Origin: Vicugna vicugna
Taxonomy: Eukaryota
Length of the DNA stretch: 20,000 nt
Assembly (NCBI GenBank): GCA_013265495.1
Contig: MU057989.1
Location: 366,037 to 386,036, forward strand
Reading direction: 5' to 3'
The position numbers were made by a program, and so were the translations under genes. How positions within the stretch are numbered: position 1 is the first letter of the stretch; every line of letters starts with the position of its first letter. Below, piece by piece: positions 19,222 to 20,000 of the stretch. The notes under the pieces were generated by a model. That model was not told the origin of the DNA and searched no databases. It saw only the letters and a program-made list of their open reading frames with translations.

Positions 19222-20000
19222 GAGAGAAGAGGCAAGATGGCGGAGTAGAAGGACGCTTGTAAGTCACCCTCTCCCACAAATACACCAAGACCCACATCTA
19301 CAGACCCACTCAGCAAACCAGAGCACCTGCGGAACTCCGACAGAACATCGCGCTCTTCAAAAGATAAAGACGCCAAAAATCTGCCCACCCATGGAGCGCG
19401 ACCACGGCAGAGCGCCGACCAGGGCGGAGCGCGACCAGGGCGGAGCGTGCAGCCGCACAGAGCAGCGGCGCTACCGGCGGCCCAGGCAGAGGGAGGGCGG
19501 CCCCCCAGCCTGTCGGGCAGGAACACAGCCCCTGACCGAGGTGCTGGGAGGGGGCACGACCCGCCCTCCTGCCTGGCCAGTCTGCAACAACTGACTGCGG
19601 CATCCGGAGGGGCAGTGACCCGCCCGCCCGCAGCAGAGGAGAGCTGCATCTGACCCCGTGTTAGGAGGAGGCGCGATCAGCTTGCCGACAGGTGCTGGGA
19701 GCAGCACAGAAGAGGGCGCCAACGGAGGGCCTATGAAAACAAGCTGAGCTTCCAAAACAGGACGAAGACAGAAGGACTTCACATTAAAAGCACACAGACT
19801 CCAGGAGAACACCGACAACCCTTTTTTGTTTTGTTTTGTTTTTTGTTTTGTTCTTAAATCTGTTTTTACCTGTTCTATTTTCAATTACTCTCTTAATTTT
19901 TACTTCTTAATTCATTTCTATTTCTCTTGGGTTTTGATGTCCTGTTATTGATTAGACACAGGCTTCAAATACATCTATTCATCTCCCCACCCCTTTTTTT
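19222..20000 (+). mobile_element. 5'UTR of a young LINE-1 (runs off the window), antisense to ZNF200
   Basis: Abrupt switch after an A-tract to purine-rich gagagaagaggcAAGATGGCGG (YY1 motif typical of L1 5' ends). About 520 bp of CpG-rich sequence follows, then a T-rich tract as seen in Laurasiatherian L1 5'UTRs. ORF1 is not visible, so the identity is inferred. Confidence 0.8.

Larger units (their letters stand above)
12021..20000 (-). other. ZNF200: Last intron of ZNF200 (partial, repeat-rich)
   Basis: Polypyrimidine tract and AG acceptor at 12021-12040 on -. No recognisable upstream ZNF200 coding exon before the window ends. Confidence 0.8.

Noticed and set aside
19130..19884. Other long ORFs in the GC-rich end, and the idea that this is the ZNF200 CpG-island promoter
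   Set aside because: The ORFs reflect stop-codon scarcity. The upstream ZNF200 coding exons are absent between 12020 and here, and the YY1 start plus T-rich tract fit an L1 5'UTR better.

Overview
Mammalian genomic DNA, almost certainly a camelid (camel/alpaca/llama), judged by four copies of the tRNA-derived Vic-1-type SINE. The region is syntenic with the human 16p13.3 OR1F1/OR1F2P-ZNF200 locus. It holds an intact single-exon olfactory receptor of subfamily 1F on + (2028-2969), with a probable upstream non-coding exon and promoter. Converging on it on - is the last coding exon of ZNF200 (11299-12020, five C2H2 fingers), with its 3'UTR and about 8 kb of the preceding intron. The rest is mostly interspersed repeat: MLT1 LTRs, old L1M and L2 fragments, MIRs, a Tigger2-type MITE, and the CpG-rich 5' end of a young L1 at the right edge. 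I see no clearly new biological system. The best leads are: the OR looks like an intact ortholog of the human pseudogene OR1F2P; the young L1 5'UTR has monomer-like repeats and an antisense ORF that could splice in frame to the ZNF200 finger exon; there is a NAGNAG acceptor; and there is a tight hairpin in the ZNF200 3'UTR. Repeat subfamily names and comparisons to human proteins come from recall, not from a search, and old-repeat boundaries are approximate.
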